Below, one piece after another: positions 52,785-62,082 of a stretch of 64,000 nucleotides of DNA (position 1 is its first letter; the number at the start of each line of letters is the position of its first letter). Source of the stretch: Candidatus Pelethousia sp. GTDB taxonomy: Bacteria > Bacillota > Clostridia > Christensenellales > CAG-138. Below the pieces are notes generated by a model, which was not told where the DNA came from, ran no database searches, and worked only from the letters and a program-made list of their open reading frames with translations. Where the stretch lies: positions 939 to 64,938 of the forward strand of contig JAYFNX010000013.1 of NCBI GenBank assembly GCA_034933245.1. Direction: 5' to 3'. Both the position numbers and the translations under genes were made by a program.

Positions 52785-55137
52785 GCGGCGGGAAATTGAG
52801 GCCGTTATCCGCAGATACAAGGGCGACGGCAAGCCGCATACGGCGCAGGACAGTATCCCTTATCTCAATATGTACCCGGACGGCGTTTGCCGTGTGACGG
52901 AGCGCAGCTATTCAAAGTGCATCGAGTTTGAAGACATCAATTATCAGCTCGCACAGCCGGACGACAAGACGGCCACCTTTGAAAATCTCTGCGACCTGTA
53001 CAACTATGTGGACGCCTCAATCCATGTGCAGCTATCCCTTATTAACCGTAAGCTCGACCCGGAGCAGCTTATCCGCAGTTTTGAGATACCGCCGCAGAAC
53101 GACGATTTAGACCCCGTCCGGGAAGAGTGCAGCGGCATCCTCAAAAAGCAGCTTGCCCGTGGGAACAACGGCATTGTGAAAACCAAGCACCTGACCTTTA
53201 CCATCCAGGCCGCCAACCTGAAAGCGGCGCGGGCGCGGCTTTCCCGCGTGGAAACCGACCTGTTGGGCTATTTCAAAGTTATGGGAGCGCCCGCGAGGAT
53301 ACTTGACGGAAAAGAACGTCTTGCCGTGCTGCATGGCGTGTTCCACCCCGACGGGGAGCGTTTCGCCTTTGATTGGGATCGGCTGCCTGCAAGCGGTCTG
53401 TCTACGAAGGACTTTATCGCCCCGCCATCCTTTGCCTTTAAGAACGGGCGCATGTTCCGCATGGGGAAAAAATTCGGCGCGGTAAGCTTCTTGCAGATAT
53501 TAGCGCCGGAGCTGACGGATACCATGCTTCCGGATTTTCTCAATACGGAAACGGGCATCGTCGTCAATCTCCACGTGCAAGCCATCGACCAAAACGAGGC
53601 CATCAAGACGGTGAAAAGGAAGATCACCGACCTTGACCGCATGAAAATTGAGGAACAGAAAAAGGCTGTCCGCAGCGGCTACGATATGGACATCCTGCCG
53701 TCCGACCTCGCCACCTACGGTAAGGAAGCGAAAAATCTGCTGGACGAGCTGCAAAGCCGCAACGAGCGCCTTTTCCTTGTTACGTTCCTGATCCTCAATC
53801 TCGCGGACAGCAGGCAAAAGCTGGACAACGACGTGTTCCGTGCTTCCGGCGTGGCGCAGAAATATAACTGTACCCTTTCCCGGCTGGATTACCAGCAGGA
53901 ACAGGGATTAATGAGCAGCCTGCCCCTCGGCCTGAACCAAATCAAGATACAGCGGGCGCTGACGACTTCCAGCGTGGCCGTGTTCGTTCCCTTCGTTACG
54001 CAGGAGATTTTTCAGGGCGGGCAGGCCATTTACTACGGCCTTAACGCCGTTTCCAACAACATGATTGTACTGAACAGAAAATGCGCCCGGTGTCCGAACG
54101 GGCTTGTGTTCGGCACTCCCGGCAGCGGAAAATCCATGAGCTGCAAGAGGGAGATCACGCACATCATCCTGACGACTCCCGACAATGTGATTATCTGCGA
54201 CCCGGAAGCGGAGTATTACCCGCTTGTGAACCGACTGCACGGGCAGGTTATCCGTCTGTCTCCGACCAGCAGAGACTTTGTAAACCCGCTGGACATCAAC
54301 CTGAATTACTCCGAGGATGAAAACCCGCTGGCGCTAAAAAGCGACTTTGTACTGTCGTTCTGCGAGCTTATCATGGGCGGCAAGTCCGGGCTGGAAGCCG
54401 TCGAAAAGACGGTCATCGACCGCGCCGTGCAGATGATCTACCGTCCGTATTTCGCAGACCCGCGTCCGGAGAATATGCCCGTCCTCTCCGATCTGCACGA
54501 TGCGCTTACGGCACAGCATATCCCGGAAGCCGACCGCGTGGCGCAGGCGCTTGACCTGTACGTTTCCGGCTCCCTTAATTTCTTCAATCACAGGACGACG
54601 GTGGACATCAACAACCGGCTTGTATGCTTCGACATCAAGGAGTTGGGCAAGAACCTCAAAAAGCCGGGTATGCTGATTGTCCAGGATCAAGTATGGAATA
54701 CCGTCACGGTCAACCGCAGTTCCGGGAAAGCGACGTGGTATTTCATTGACGAGTTCCATTTGCTTTTGAAGGAGACACAGACGGCGGCATACAGCGCCGA
54801 GATTTGGAAGCGTTTTCGCAAGTGGGGCGGCATCCCGACAGGCGCGACACAGAACGTCAAAGACCTGTTATCCTCACCGGAAATAGAAAACATCCTTGAA
54901 AACAGCGACTTTATCTATATGCTCAACCAAGCCGCCGGCGACCGGAAAATCCTTGCGGAACGTCTGGACATTTCCCCGCAGCAATTAGCCTACGTCACCA
55001 ACTCCGAACCGGGCGAGGGGCTTTTGTTCTACGAAAACGTGATACTGCCCTTTGTAGACAAGTTCCCGCAGGACACCGAGCTTTACAAGCTTCTCACCAC
55101 CAGACCCAGTGAGGTTGAGCAAGCAAAACCGAATTGA
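52732..55137 (+). CDS. VirB4-like conjugal transfer ATPase
   Basis: 801 aa with Walker A GTPGSGKSMSCK and Walker B YFIDEFHLL. It uses a TTG start 9 nt after AGGAGG. Confidence 0.85.
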   Translation: MSKTVKQPKEKRKLIRAERREIEAVIRRYKGDGKPHTAQDSIPYLNMYPDGVCRVTERSYSKCIEFEDINYQLAQPDDKTATFENLCDLYNYVDASIHVQLSLINRKLDPEQLIRSFEIPPQNDDLDPVREECSGILKKQLARGNNGIVKTKHLTFTIQAANLKAARARLSRVETDLLGYFKVMGAPARILDGKERLAVLHGVFHPDGERFAFDWDRLPASGLSTKDFIAPPSFAFKNGRMFRMGKKFGAVSFLQILAPELTDTMLPDFLNTETGIVVNLHVQAIDQNEAIKTVKRKITDLDRMKIEEQKKAVRSGYDMDILPSDLATYGKEAKNLLDELQSRNERLFLVTFLILNLADSRQKLDNDVFRASGVAQKYNCTLSRLDYQQEQGLMSSLPLGLNQIKIQRALTTSSVAVFVPFVTQEIFQGGQAIYYGLNAVSNNMIVLNRKCARCPNGLVFGTPGSGKSMSCKREITHIILTTPDNVIICDPEAEYYPLVNRLHGQVIRLSPTSRDFVNPLDINLNYSEDENPLALKSDFVLSFCELIMGGKSGLEAVEKTVIDRAVQMIYRPYFADPRPENMPVLSDLHDALTAQHIPEADRVAQALDLYVSGSLNFFNHRTTVDINNRLVCFDIKELGKNLKKPGMLIVQDQVWNTVTVNRSSGKATWYFIDEFHLLLKETQTAAYSAEIWKRFRKWGGIPTGATQNVKDLLSSPEIENILENSDFIYMLNQAAGDRKILAERLDISPQQLAYVTNSEPGEGLLFYENVILPFVDKFPQDTELYKLLTTRPSEVEQAKPN

Positions 55138-55206
55138 CATTTACGCACTATATTTTATAGGGAGGACATGATAAAATAATTTGGGTTAATCTGTGGGGGT
55201 GAGTTT

Positions 55207-56445
55207 GTGATTTCAATGATAACACTAGGAATTGGTCAAATGGAAATAGATTGGGGAAAGAATAGTACCGTCAATAATCACTCTGTTCTTTTTCAGCGGT
55301 GCGACTTAAAACCAATTCCTCACTATGTCAACTATGATACTGAGGAACCTCTTATAAAGATGAAAGAGGGTTTCTCAAGAAAACTCAAGTATGTGAAGCC
55401 AAGGTTAGATTTACTTGGATATGACCTTACTTCAATTCGAACTCAATTTGATGAACTCATTCAAGATCACGAGAACCACGGATGTACTATCCCGTTGACC
55501 TTTGATACTTTTTATGAAGCATTCACAGAAGTGGATTTATCCGTAGCAAGCACAGTGAAATACGAAGTTGAAGGATGTGATAACGGCTATGATCTAGGGG
55601 AATATGTGGCTGAATGCGTCCTACAAATTCCGGAGATAAATCAAAAACTTGTTGGAGAGCCTCCTGAAGATCGCTTCGCTTGGAAGGATGTAATAAACGA
55701 TTTATCCGTTTTTTTAGAAAACCTAAATCCGTACATAACACTTCGAATTTTAGCCGAGAATCCTGCAAACCTTGATTTAGAGGTACAGTGGAACTTTTCT
55801 GATGCGGTGGAAAGTGGTTGGATTAGTCCGGAGGACATCTTCAACGATTTGGCTCCTATAAACCGAGTGCTAATTGTAACAGAAGGTTCCAGTGATACTT
55901 TCGTACTGAAAAAAGCCATTCAAGAAATGCATCCTGAAATAGCTGATTTCTTTGACTTCGTAGATATGAAGGAAAACTATCCGTTTACAGGAACTGGAAA
56001 TTTGTATAATTTCTGCATGGGCTTATGTCGAATCAATGTTCTAAACAATATTATGGTGATTTTTGATAACGACACCGCTGGTGTAGAAAAATATAAACAG
56101 GCAGTATTGCTTAAAAAACCGCAATCGTTTCTTGTAACAAAACTACCTGACCATCCAGATTTCTGTAATATGCAAACAGTTGGACCACAAGGAAACACAA
56201 CAGAAAACATAAATGGAAAGGCCGTTGCCATCGAGTGTTTCCTTGACTTTGACAGCGTGCCTTATCCACCAAGTATCAGATGGACGGAGTACAAAAAGAA
56301 CGAAAAGGCTTATCAAGGGGAACTTGAAAATAAGGACGACTATGTTCGCTCTTTCAAGCAAGCCTGCCTTACGGATTCAACCTACAATAGTAGCAAACTG
56401 AAATACTTAATTAATCATCTGATAAAACAGTGGATAACTCGATAG
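55207..56445 (+). CDS. stand-alone Toprim (OLD/AriB/DUF4435-like) protein with unplaced ~200-aa N-terminal domain
   Basis: 412 aa, AT-rich. Toprim signatures are VLIVTEGSSDTFVLKKAI (Glu) and VIFDNDTAG (DxD). It uses GTG 55207 after GGGGGTGAG. It interrupts the otherwise GC-rich T4SS operon. Confidence 0.6.
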   Translation: MISMITLGIGQMEIDWGKNSTVNNHSVLFQRCDLKPIPHYVNYDTEEPLIKMKEGFSRKLKYVKPRLDLLGYDLTSIRTQFDELIQDHENHGCTIPLTFDTFYEAFTEVDLSVASTVKYEVEGCDNGYDLGEYVAECVLQIPEINQKLVGEPPEDRFAWKDVINDLSVFLENLNPYITLRILAENPANLDLEVQWNFSDAVESGWISPEDIFNDLAPINRVLIVTEGSSDTFVLKKAIQEMHPEIADFFDFVDMKENYPFTGTGNLYNFCMGLCRINVLNNIMVIFDNDTAGVEKYKQAVLLKKPQSFLVTKLPDHPDFCNMQTVGPQGNTTENINGKAVAIECFLDFDSVPYPPSIRWTEYKKNEKAYQGELENKDDYVRSFKQACLTDSTYNSSKLKYLINHLIKQWITR

Positions 56446-56454
56446 CAATAAATC

Positions 56455-56481
56455 AAAACCCGCCAGCCAAGGCGGGTTTTC
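56455..56481 (+). terminator. GC-rich hairpin after the Toprim gene
   Basis: aaaacccgcc-agccaa-ggcgggtttt. Confidence 0.45.
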
Positions 56482-56500
56482 TTATGCCAAAAATCAGGAG

Positions 56501-58591
56501 GTGAAAAATATCAAGCAGCTAAAACCCCGCGATAAAGTCACGCAACGTATGAGCCGCGACGGGCTGATTGAAGAAAATCAGACCACCGGCAGTGTGGAGA
56601 GCGTTTCGGAACGTGACGCGGAACAGAACCTTTCCCCGCAACAGCCGACGCAGCAGTTTATCCAGCCGGACGGGACAGCCCCGCCCTCTGCATCGGAGCA
56701 ATCCCGTCCATCGGGCAACGGCACCGCCGAGAGGATATTAGAGCGCGTGGATACGGCGCATGGCCACCAAACTTCCAAGCGGGCGGTTAATCAAGGCAAT
56801 AAGGCTATGCAGGAGGGCGAGGCCATACGGCAGCGCCCTCCTTCCCGGTTGCAGTTCACCGACGAGGAACGCGCTACGCCGGAGCTGCAAAGGTATGTCC
56901 GCAAATCCGAGAAAAAAGCGGATAAGCTGGACGCGGCGCGAAAGGCCGTGCCTAAACGGACTAAAATTGTCAAAGGACGTATTGTTGACGAGAGCAGCGG
57001 CAGGGGCAAAACCCGGCTCCACTTTGAAAAAACAGATAAGGCACCGCCTAAGTTCAGGCACAATCCCATGAACCGGCCAGCGCAGGAAATCGGCCTTGCC
57101 ATCCACGGGAAAATACATGAGGTTGAACATGAAAACATCGGTGTGGAAAGCGGCCATAAAGCGGAGGAACTTGCGGAGCGGCAGGCCGGGTGCGGCATCC
57201 GCAGCGCCTACCGCCGCCATAAACTCAAACCATACCGGGCGGCGGCAAAGGCCGAACAGAAAGCGGTTAAGGCAAATGCGGACTTCCTCTATCAAAAAGC
57301 GCTGCGCGATAACCCGCAGCTTGCCGCCTCAAACCCTGTTTCCCGTTTCTGGCAGAAGCAGCAAATTAAAAAACAGTACGCCAAAGCAGCACGGGCGGCG
57401 GGCAGAACGGCGCAGACAGCAAAGAAAACAGCGGAAACCACGGCAAAAACCGCGAAGAAAACCGCCAAAACTACCGAAAAGACCGTTTCATTTGTTGTAC
57501 GGCATTGGAAAGGCATCCTGATCGTTCTTGCCGTCCTGCTTATCGTGACGCTGCTGATCGGCGGCCTGCAATCCTGTACATCCATCTTCGGCGGCGCGGG
57601 CAGCGGCATCGTCGCGTCTACCTATCAATCCGAGGACGCGGACATTCTGGCCGCCGAAGCCGTCTATTCCGCTATGGAAGCCGACCTGCAAAACGAACTG
57701 GACAACTACGAAACCCTGCACCCCGGCTACGACGAGTACCGTTTTGACCTTGACGATATAGAGCATGACCCCTATGTTCTGATCTCTATTCTCTCGGCGC
57801 TCAATGAAGGAGCATGGACGATCAACGACGTGCAGGACGATCTTGCCATGCTGTTTGAAAAGCAAGATAGACTCACGCAGACGGTTGAAACGGAAACGCG
57901 GTACAGAACGGAAACGAGAACGGGCAGCTATACATACACCGACCCGGAAACGGGCGAAACGATAACGGAAGAATACGAATACGAGGTTACGGTTCCCTAC
58001 ACCTATTACATATGCAACGTGGAGCTTGAAAACTTCAATCTGTCGCATGTCCCCGTGTATATCATGGACGAGGACACGCTATCCATGTATGCGCTGTATA
58101 TGTCCACTCTCGGCAATCGCTCCGACCTGTTCCCAAGCTCCGGCTATATCTCCAAGTACATCACAAATCCACCCGCAGCATACGACGTGCCCGAAAGTTA
58201 TCTGTCCGATGAAACCTTTGCGGCAATCCTCACCGAAGCGGAAAAGTGTTTGGGCTATCCTTACGTTTGGGGCGGCAGCTCTCCAAGCACGAGCTTTGAT
58301 TGCAGCGGCTTTGTTTCATGGGTGCTCACAAACAGCGGCGCATGCGACACCGGCAGATTAAGCGCACAGGGGCTTTACAACATCTGCACCCCTGTTTCCC
58401 ATAACGACGCGCAGCCCGGCGATCTCATTTTCTTTGTGGGGACATATGACACCCCCGGCGTTTCCCACGTCGGTATTTATGTGGGCGACGGCATGATGAT
58501 CCATTGCGGCGACCCGATCAATTTTTCAAGTATTGATACGAGCTATTGGCAATCCCACTTCTACGCTTTCGGACGCCCGGATTACAACTAA
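56501..58591 (+). CDS. conjugation-associated cell-wall hydrolase (TM + C-terminal NlpC/P60)
   Basis: 696 aa with a basic N-terminal region containing KTAKKTA repeats and a TM segment (ILIVLAVLLIVTLLIGGL). The C-terminus is FDCSGFVSWVLTNSG...GDLIFF...HVGIYVGDGMMIHCG. Confidence 0.75.
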   Translation: MKNIKQLKPRDKVTQRMSRDGLIEENQTTGSVESVSERDAEQNLSPQQPTQQFIQPDGTAPPSASEQSRPSGNGTAERILERVDTAHGHQTSKRAVNQGNKAMQEGEAIRQRPPSRLQFTDEERATPELQRYVRKSEKKADKLDAARKAVPKRTKIVKGRIVDESSGRGKTRLHFEKTDKAPPKFRHNPMNRPAQEIGLAIHGKIHEVEHENIGVESGHKAEELAERQAGCGIRSAYRRHKLKPYRAAAKAEQKAVKANADFLYQKALRDNPQLAASNPVSRFWQKQQIKKQYAKAARAAGRTAQTAKKTAETTAKTAKKTAKTTEKTVSFVVRHWKGILIVLAVLLIVTLLIGGLQSCTSIFGGAGSGIVASTYQSEDADILAAEAVYSAMEADLQNELDNYETLHPGYDEYRFDLDDIEHDPYVLISILSALNEGAWTINDVQDDLAMLFEKQDRLTQTVETETRYRTETRTGSYTYTDPETGETITEEYEYEVTVPYTYYICNVELENFNLSHVPVYIMDEDTLSMYALYMSTLGNRSDLFPSSGYISKYITNPPAAYDVPESYLSDETFAAILTEAEKCLGYPYVWGGSSPSTSFDCSGFVSWVLTNSGACDTGRLSAQGLYNICTPVSHNDAQPGDLIFFVGTYDTPGVSHVGIYVGDGMMIHCGDPINFSSIDTSYWQSHFYAFGRPDYN

Positions 58592-58612
58592 ATCGAAAGG
58601 AGCATTTGACGA

Positions 58613-58867
58613 ATGGCAGCAAACAAAATTGACCGCATCGAACGCGAAATGGAGAAAACGCGGGTAAAAATCACCGAGTTTCAAAACACGCTCAAAGAAC
58701 TTGAAGCGCAGCGCACCGAGCAGGAGAACATGCAGATCGTCCAGCTTGTGCGCTCCATGTGCATGACCCGCGAAGAACTTGCCGCTTTTCTCCGCAGCGG
58801 CGCAATAAACGCTATGCCGGTGAAAACCAAATATCATAAACAGGAGGACAACGATAATGAAGAATAA
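58613..58867 (+). CDS. DUF4315-like coiled-coil protein
   Basis: 84 aa. IDRIEREMEKTRVKITEFQNTLKELEAQRTEQENMQIVQLVRSM matches my recollection of DUF4315. Confidence 0.55.
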   Translation: MAANKIDRIEREMEKTRVKITEFQNTLKELEAQRTEQENMQIVQLVRSMCMTREELAAFLRSGAINAMPVKTKYHKQEDNDNEE

Positions 58868-59528
58868 AATCCGCATATTTGCCGCTTTGCTTGCCGCCCT
58901 CATTTGTTGGGGCGGTTTTTCTGTGACCGCCTACGCAGGCGGCGAGGACTGCGACTACTACACGGAACCGGAGACGACCGAAAGCGCGGAGCCGGAGGAA
59001 ACCGAAAGCACGGAATCGGAGGAAACCGCCACTGAATCGCAGTCTCTTACCCCGGACGGCAATCTTACCCTTGTTGACGATATTGAAAGCGAAACTACCG
59101 AGGATAAACAGTTTATCACCGTCCAGACAAAAGACGGCAACTATTTCTACATCGTCATAGACAGGAGCGACGACACCGACAACGTGTATTTTCTTAATCT
59201 TGTGGATGAAGCGGACTTACTGGCGCTGATTGACGACGAGGATATTCAGTCACAGGACACATCTTCCGTTACGGAAACGACTGCGGAGCCGGAGGAAACC
59301 ACAGAAACAGCCGACGAACAGCAGGAAGATGAAACCGGCAATAACAGTGCCCTTGTCGTCCTTCTTGTGTTATTGCTTCTCGGCGGGGGTGGGGCGCTTG
59401 TTTATTTTAAGCTGATTAAGCCCAAGAAGAACATCAAAGTCGGCGTTGACCTTGATGAATACGATTTTGACGAGGACGCCGAGGATGACTATACCGAGGA
59501 ACAGGAGGACGAGGAATGGGGAATTTAG
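58857..59528 (+). CDS. DUF4366-like acidic surface/membrane protein of conjugative elements
   Basis: 223 aa with a signal-like N-terminus, the core DGNLTLVDDI...KQFITVQTKDGNYFYIVIDR...VYFLNLVDEADLLALI, and a C-terminal TM segment. Confidence 0.6.
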   Translation: MKNKIRIFAALLAALICWGGFSVTAYAGGEDCDYYTEPETTESAEPEETESTESEETATESQSLTPDGNLTLVDDIESETTEDKQFITVQTKDGNYFYIVIDRSDDTDNVYFLNLVDEADLLALIDDEDIQSQDTSSVTETTAEPEETTETADEQQEDETGNNSALVVLLVLLLLGGGGALVYFKLIKPKKNIKVGVDLDEYDFDEDAEDDYTEEQEDEEWGI

Positions 59529-59791
59529 TCCTTTGCCTTAACGTGACTTAATGCCTCTAACAAGTCCTCTCTTGTAACAATCAACTCACATATTTTCTTT
59601 GGGGCTTTTTCTTCGTCTGTCTGCATTGCCATCACATCTACCGTTATAAACTCACCTTTTTGCGTATTTGAGGAATTCGGATGAAACTGCAAATAGCGGC
59701 CAGACACTTGACATTCTACGCATAGTGGCCCCATAGCATTTTTTCTTCTTTCAGAATATGTGATTGGAAACTTAGTAACTTTATCGCTCAT
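59525..59791 (-). CDS. hypothetical small protein (AT-rich insertion)
   Basis: 88-aa ORF, convergent with the T4SS operon, in an AT-rich patch of about 350 bp. No recognisable motif. Confidence 0.4.
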   Translation of the reverse strand: MSDKVTKFPITYSERRKNAMGPLCVECQVSGRYLQFHPNSSNTQKGEFITVDVMAMQTDEEKAPKKICELIVTREDLLEALSHVKAKD

Positions 59792-59870
59792 ACTATCAGC
59801 CCTTTCTTTAGATTCGTAATATCAGTATAGATGACCCCTAATAGAATATCAAGTTGAGTGGAGGGAATAT

Positions 59871-61970
59871 ATGAAACTTGTGATTGCTGAAAAACCTAGC
59901 GTCGCCCGCAGTATTGCGGGCGTTCTTGGTACTACGGAAAAACACGACGGATATTTACAGAGTAACGGATACATTGTAACGTGGTGCATTGGGCATCTTG
60001 TGAGTATGTGCGAGGCTGGAAGCTACGACGAGTGTTTCAAAAAGTGGCGATATGAGGACTTGCCTATTCTGCCGCAGGACTGGAAATACACCGTCCCCGC
60101 AGAGAAGAAAAAGCAGTTTGACGTTATCCGTGAACTGACACAGCGTCCCGACGTGGATGCGCTTATCTGTGCCACCGACGCCGGACGCGAGGGCGAGCTA
60201 ATTTTCCGTTTCGTCTATCTGATGACCAGCTGCACAAAGCCCTTTTCCCGTCTTTGGATCAGCAGCATGGAGGCCGACGCCATCCGCGAGGGCTTCCGAC
60301 ACTTAAAGCCGGGCGGCGAGTACGACGCGCTGTATCAATCGGCCATCTGCCGGGCAAAAGCGGATTGGCTTGTCGGCATCAACGCGACCAGGCTTTTCTC
60401 CGTGCTGTACCATAAGACCCTGAATGTGGGGCGCGTCCAGACGCCTACCCTCAATATGCTGGTGGAGCGCGGCGTCAAAATTTCCACGTTCCAAAAAGAG
60501 AAGTATTACATCGTCCATATCGGCGCGGGCGGCGCGGAGGCGGCAAGCGAACGGATCTCCGATGCCGCACATGCGGACGACCTCAAAACGGCCTGCGAAG
60601 CGTCGCGGGCCGTTTGTGTTTCTGTGAAGCGGGAGAAGAAAACCGAGCAACCGCCCAAGCTATACGACCTCACTACCTTGCAGCGGGAAGCAAGCCGGCT
60701 GTATGGCTTTACCGCCAAGCAGACCCTTGATTACGCGCAAACGCTCTATGAAAAACGACTGCTGACCTATCCGCGAACCGACAGCCGCTATCTCACCGAC
60801 GATATGGGACAGACGGCGGCGGGCCTTGTCGCCGGGCTTCTGCCCCTGCTGCCGTTCACAGGGGGCGCGGAGCTGACGCCGGAGATCGGGCGGGTACTGA
60901 ACAGCGCAAATGTGTCCGACCATCACGCTCTTATCCCCACAGCCGAATTTGTGAAAACGGGCTTTGCCGGGCTTGCAGAGAGCGAAAGGAAACTTATGTC
61001 TCTTGTCTGCTGCAAACTGCTGTGTGCCGTCGCCGCGCCCCATGTTTATGAAGCGGTCACGGCCACCTTTGAATGTGCCGGACAGGAGTTCACCGCGAAG
61101 GGCAAAACCATTCTTTCGGACGGCTGGAAAGAGCTTGACCGGCGTTTCCGGGCATCCATGAAAACCGACGCCGACGAGGACGCGCAGGAGGAAACGGCGC
61201 TGCCGGAGCTTTTCGATGGACAAGCCTTTGAAAACGTCGCCGCCAGCGTCACACAGCATTTCACATCCCCGCCCAAGCCCTACACCGAGGACACGCTACT
61301 TTCCGCTATGGAACGCGCCGGAGCCGAGGATACGCCCGACGTAGCCGAGCGTAAAGGGTTAGGTACCCCGGCCACCCGTGCGGCTATCATTGAAAAGCTG
61401 GTGCAGACCGGGTTTGCCGAGCGCAAAGGCAAGCAAATAATCCCCACAAAAAACGGCATCGATCTCGCCACGGTGCTGCCTGATGTTCTGACCTCTGCCG
61501 CCCTTACCGCCGAGTGGGAAAGCAAGCTGACCGCGATTGCAAAGGGTGAGCTTGACCCCGCCGAGTTCATGCAGGGCATCGAGGACATGACGCGGGAGTT
61601 GGTTTCGACCTGTTCCCATATTTCCGAGGACGGCAAAATACTGTTTCAGCCGGAGAGGAAAGTTGTCGGCATATGTCCCCGCTGTGGCAAAAGCGTTTAC
61701 GAGGGCAAGAAAAACTATTACTGCGGCAACCGCGCCTGCAAGTTCGTCATGTGGAAGAACGACCGCTTTTTCGGGGAACGCAGGACAGCGTTCACCCCGA
61801 AGATCGCCGCCGCGCTGCTGAAAAGCGGCAAGGCGCGAGTAAAGGGGCTGTATTCCGTCAAGACCAGCAAGACCTACGACGGGGCGGTACTTTTGGCCGA
61901 TACGGGCGACAAATACGTCAACTACCGCGTGGAAAGAAACGACAGGAAACTTACGCAGCAGCAAGCATAG
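59871..61970 (+). CDS. topB: type IA DNA topoisomerase (topoisomerase III-like) with C-terminal zinc-ribbon
   Basis: 699 aa with the Toprim N-terminus MKLVIAEKPSVARSIA, DAGREGELIF, the active-site region TYPRTDSRYL, and a C-terminal CPRCGKSVYEGKKNYYCGNRACKF. Confidence 0.85.
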   Translation: MKLVIAEKPSVARSIAGVLGTTEKHDGYLQSNGYIVTWCIGHLVSMCEAGSYDECFKKWRYEDLPILPQDWKYTVPAEKKKQFDVIRELTQRPDVDALICATDAGREGELIFRFVYLMTSCTKPFSRLWISSMEADAIREGFRHLKPGGEYDALYQSAICRAKADWLVGINATRLFSVLYHKTLNVGRVQTPTLNMLVERGVKISTFQKEKYYIVHIGAGGAEAASERISDAAHADDLKTACEASRAVCVSVKREKKTEQPPKLYDLTTLQREASRLYGFTAKQTLDYAQTLYEKRLLTYPRTDSRYLTDDMGQTAAGLVAGLLPLLPFTGGAELTPEIGRVLNSANVSDHHALIPTAEFVKTGFAGLAESERKLMSLVCCKLLCAVAAPHVYEAVTATFECAGQEFTAKGKTILSDGWKELDRRFRASMKTDADEDAQEETALPELFDGQAFENVAASVTQHFTSPPKPYTEDTLLSAMERAGAEDTPDVAERKGLGTPATRAAIIEKLVQTGFAERKGKQIIPTKNGIDLATVLPDVLTSAALTAEWESKLTAIAKGELDPAEFMQGIEDMTRELVSTCSHISEDGKILFQPERKVVGICPRCGKSVYEGKKNYYCGNRACKFVMWKNDRFFGERRTAFTPKIAAALLKSGKARVKGLYSVKTSKTYDGAVLLADTGDKYVNYRVERNDRKLTQQQA

Positions 61971-61992
61971 GGCGTGTAGCCACACTCCCGAA

Positions 61993-62033
61993 AAATCCCC
62001 GCTTTTCTCTTTGGAGAACGGCGGGGATTTCGC
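61993..62033 (+). terminator. hairpin after topB
   Basis: aaatccccgc...gcggggattt (10-bp arms). Confidence 0.4.
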
Positions 62034-62082
62034 TTGTTGGGATATTCCCAAACCCTTATTTTCTATCGAAAGGAGCGTATAA

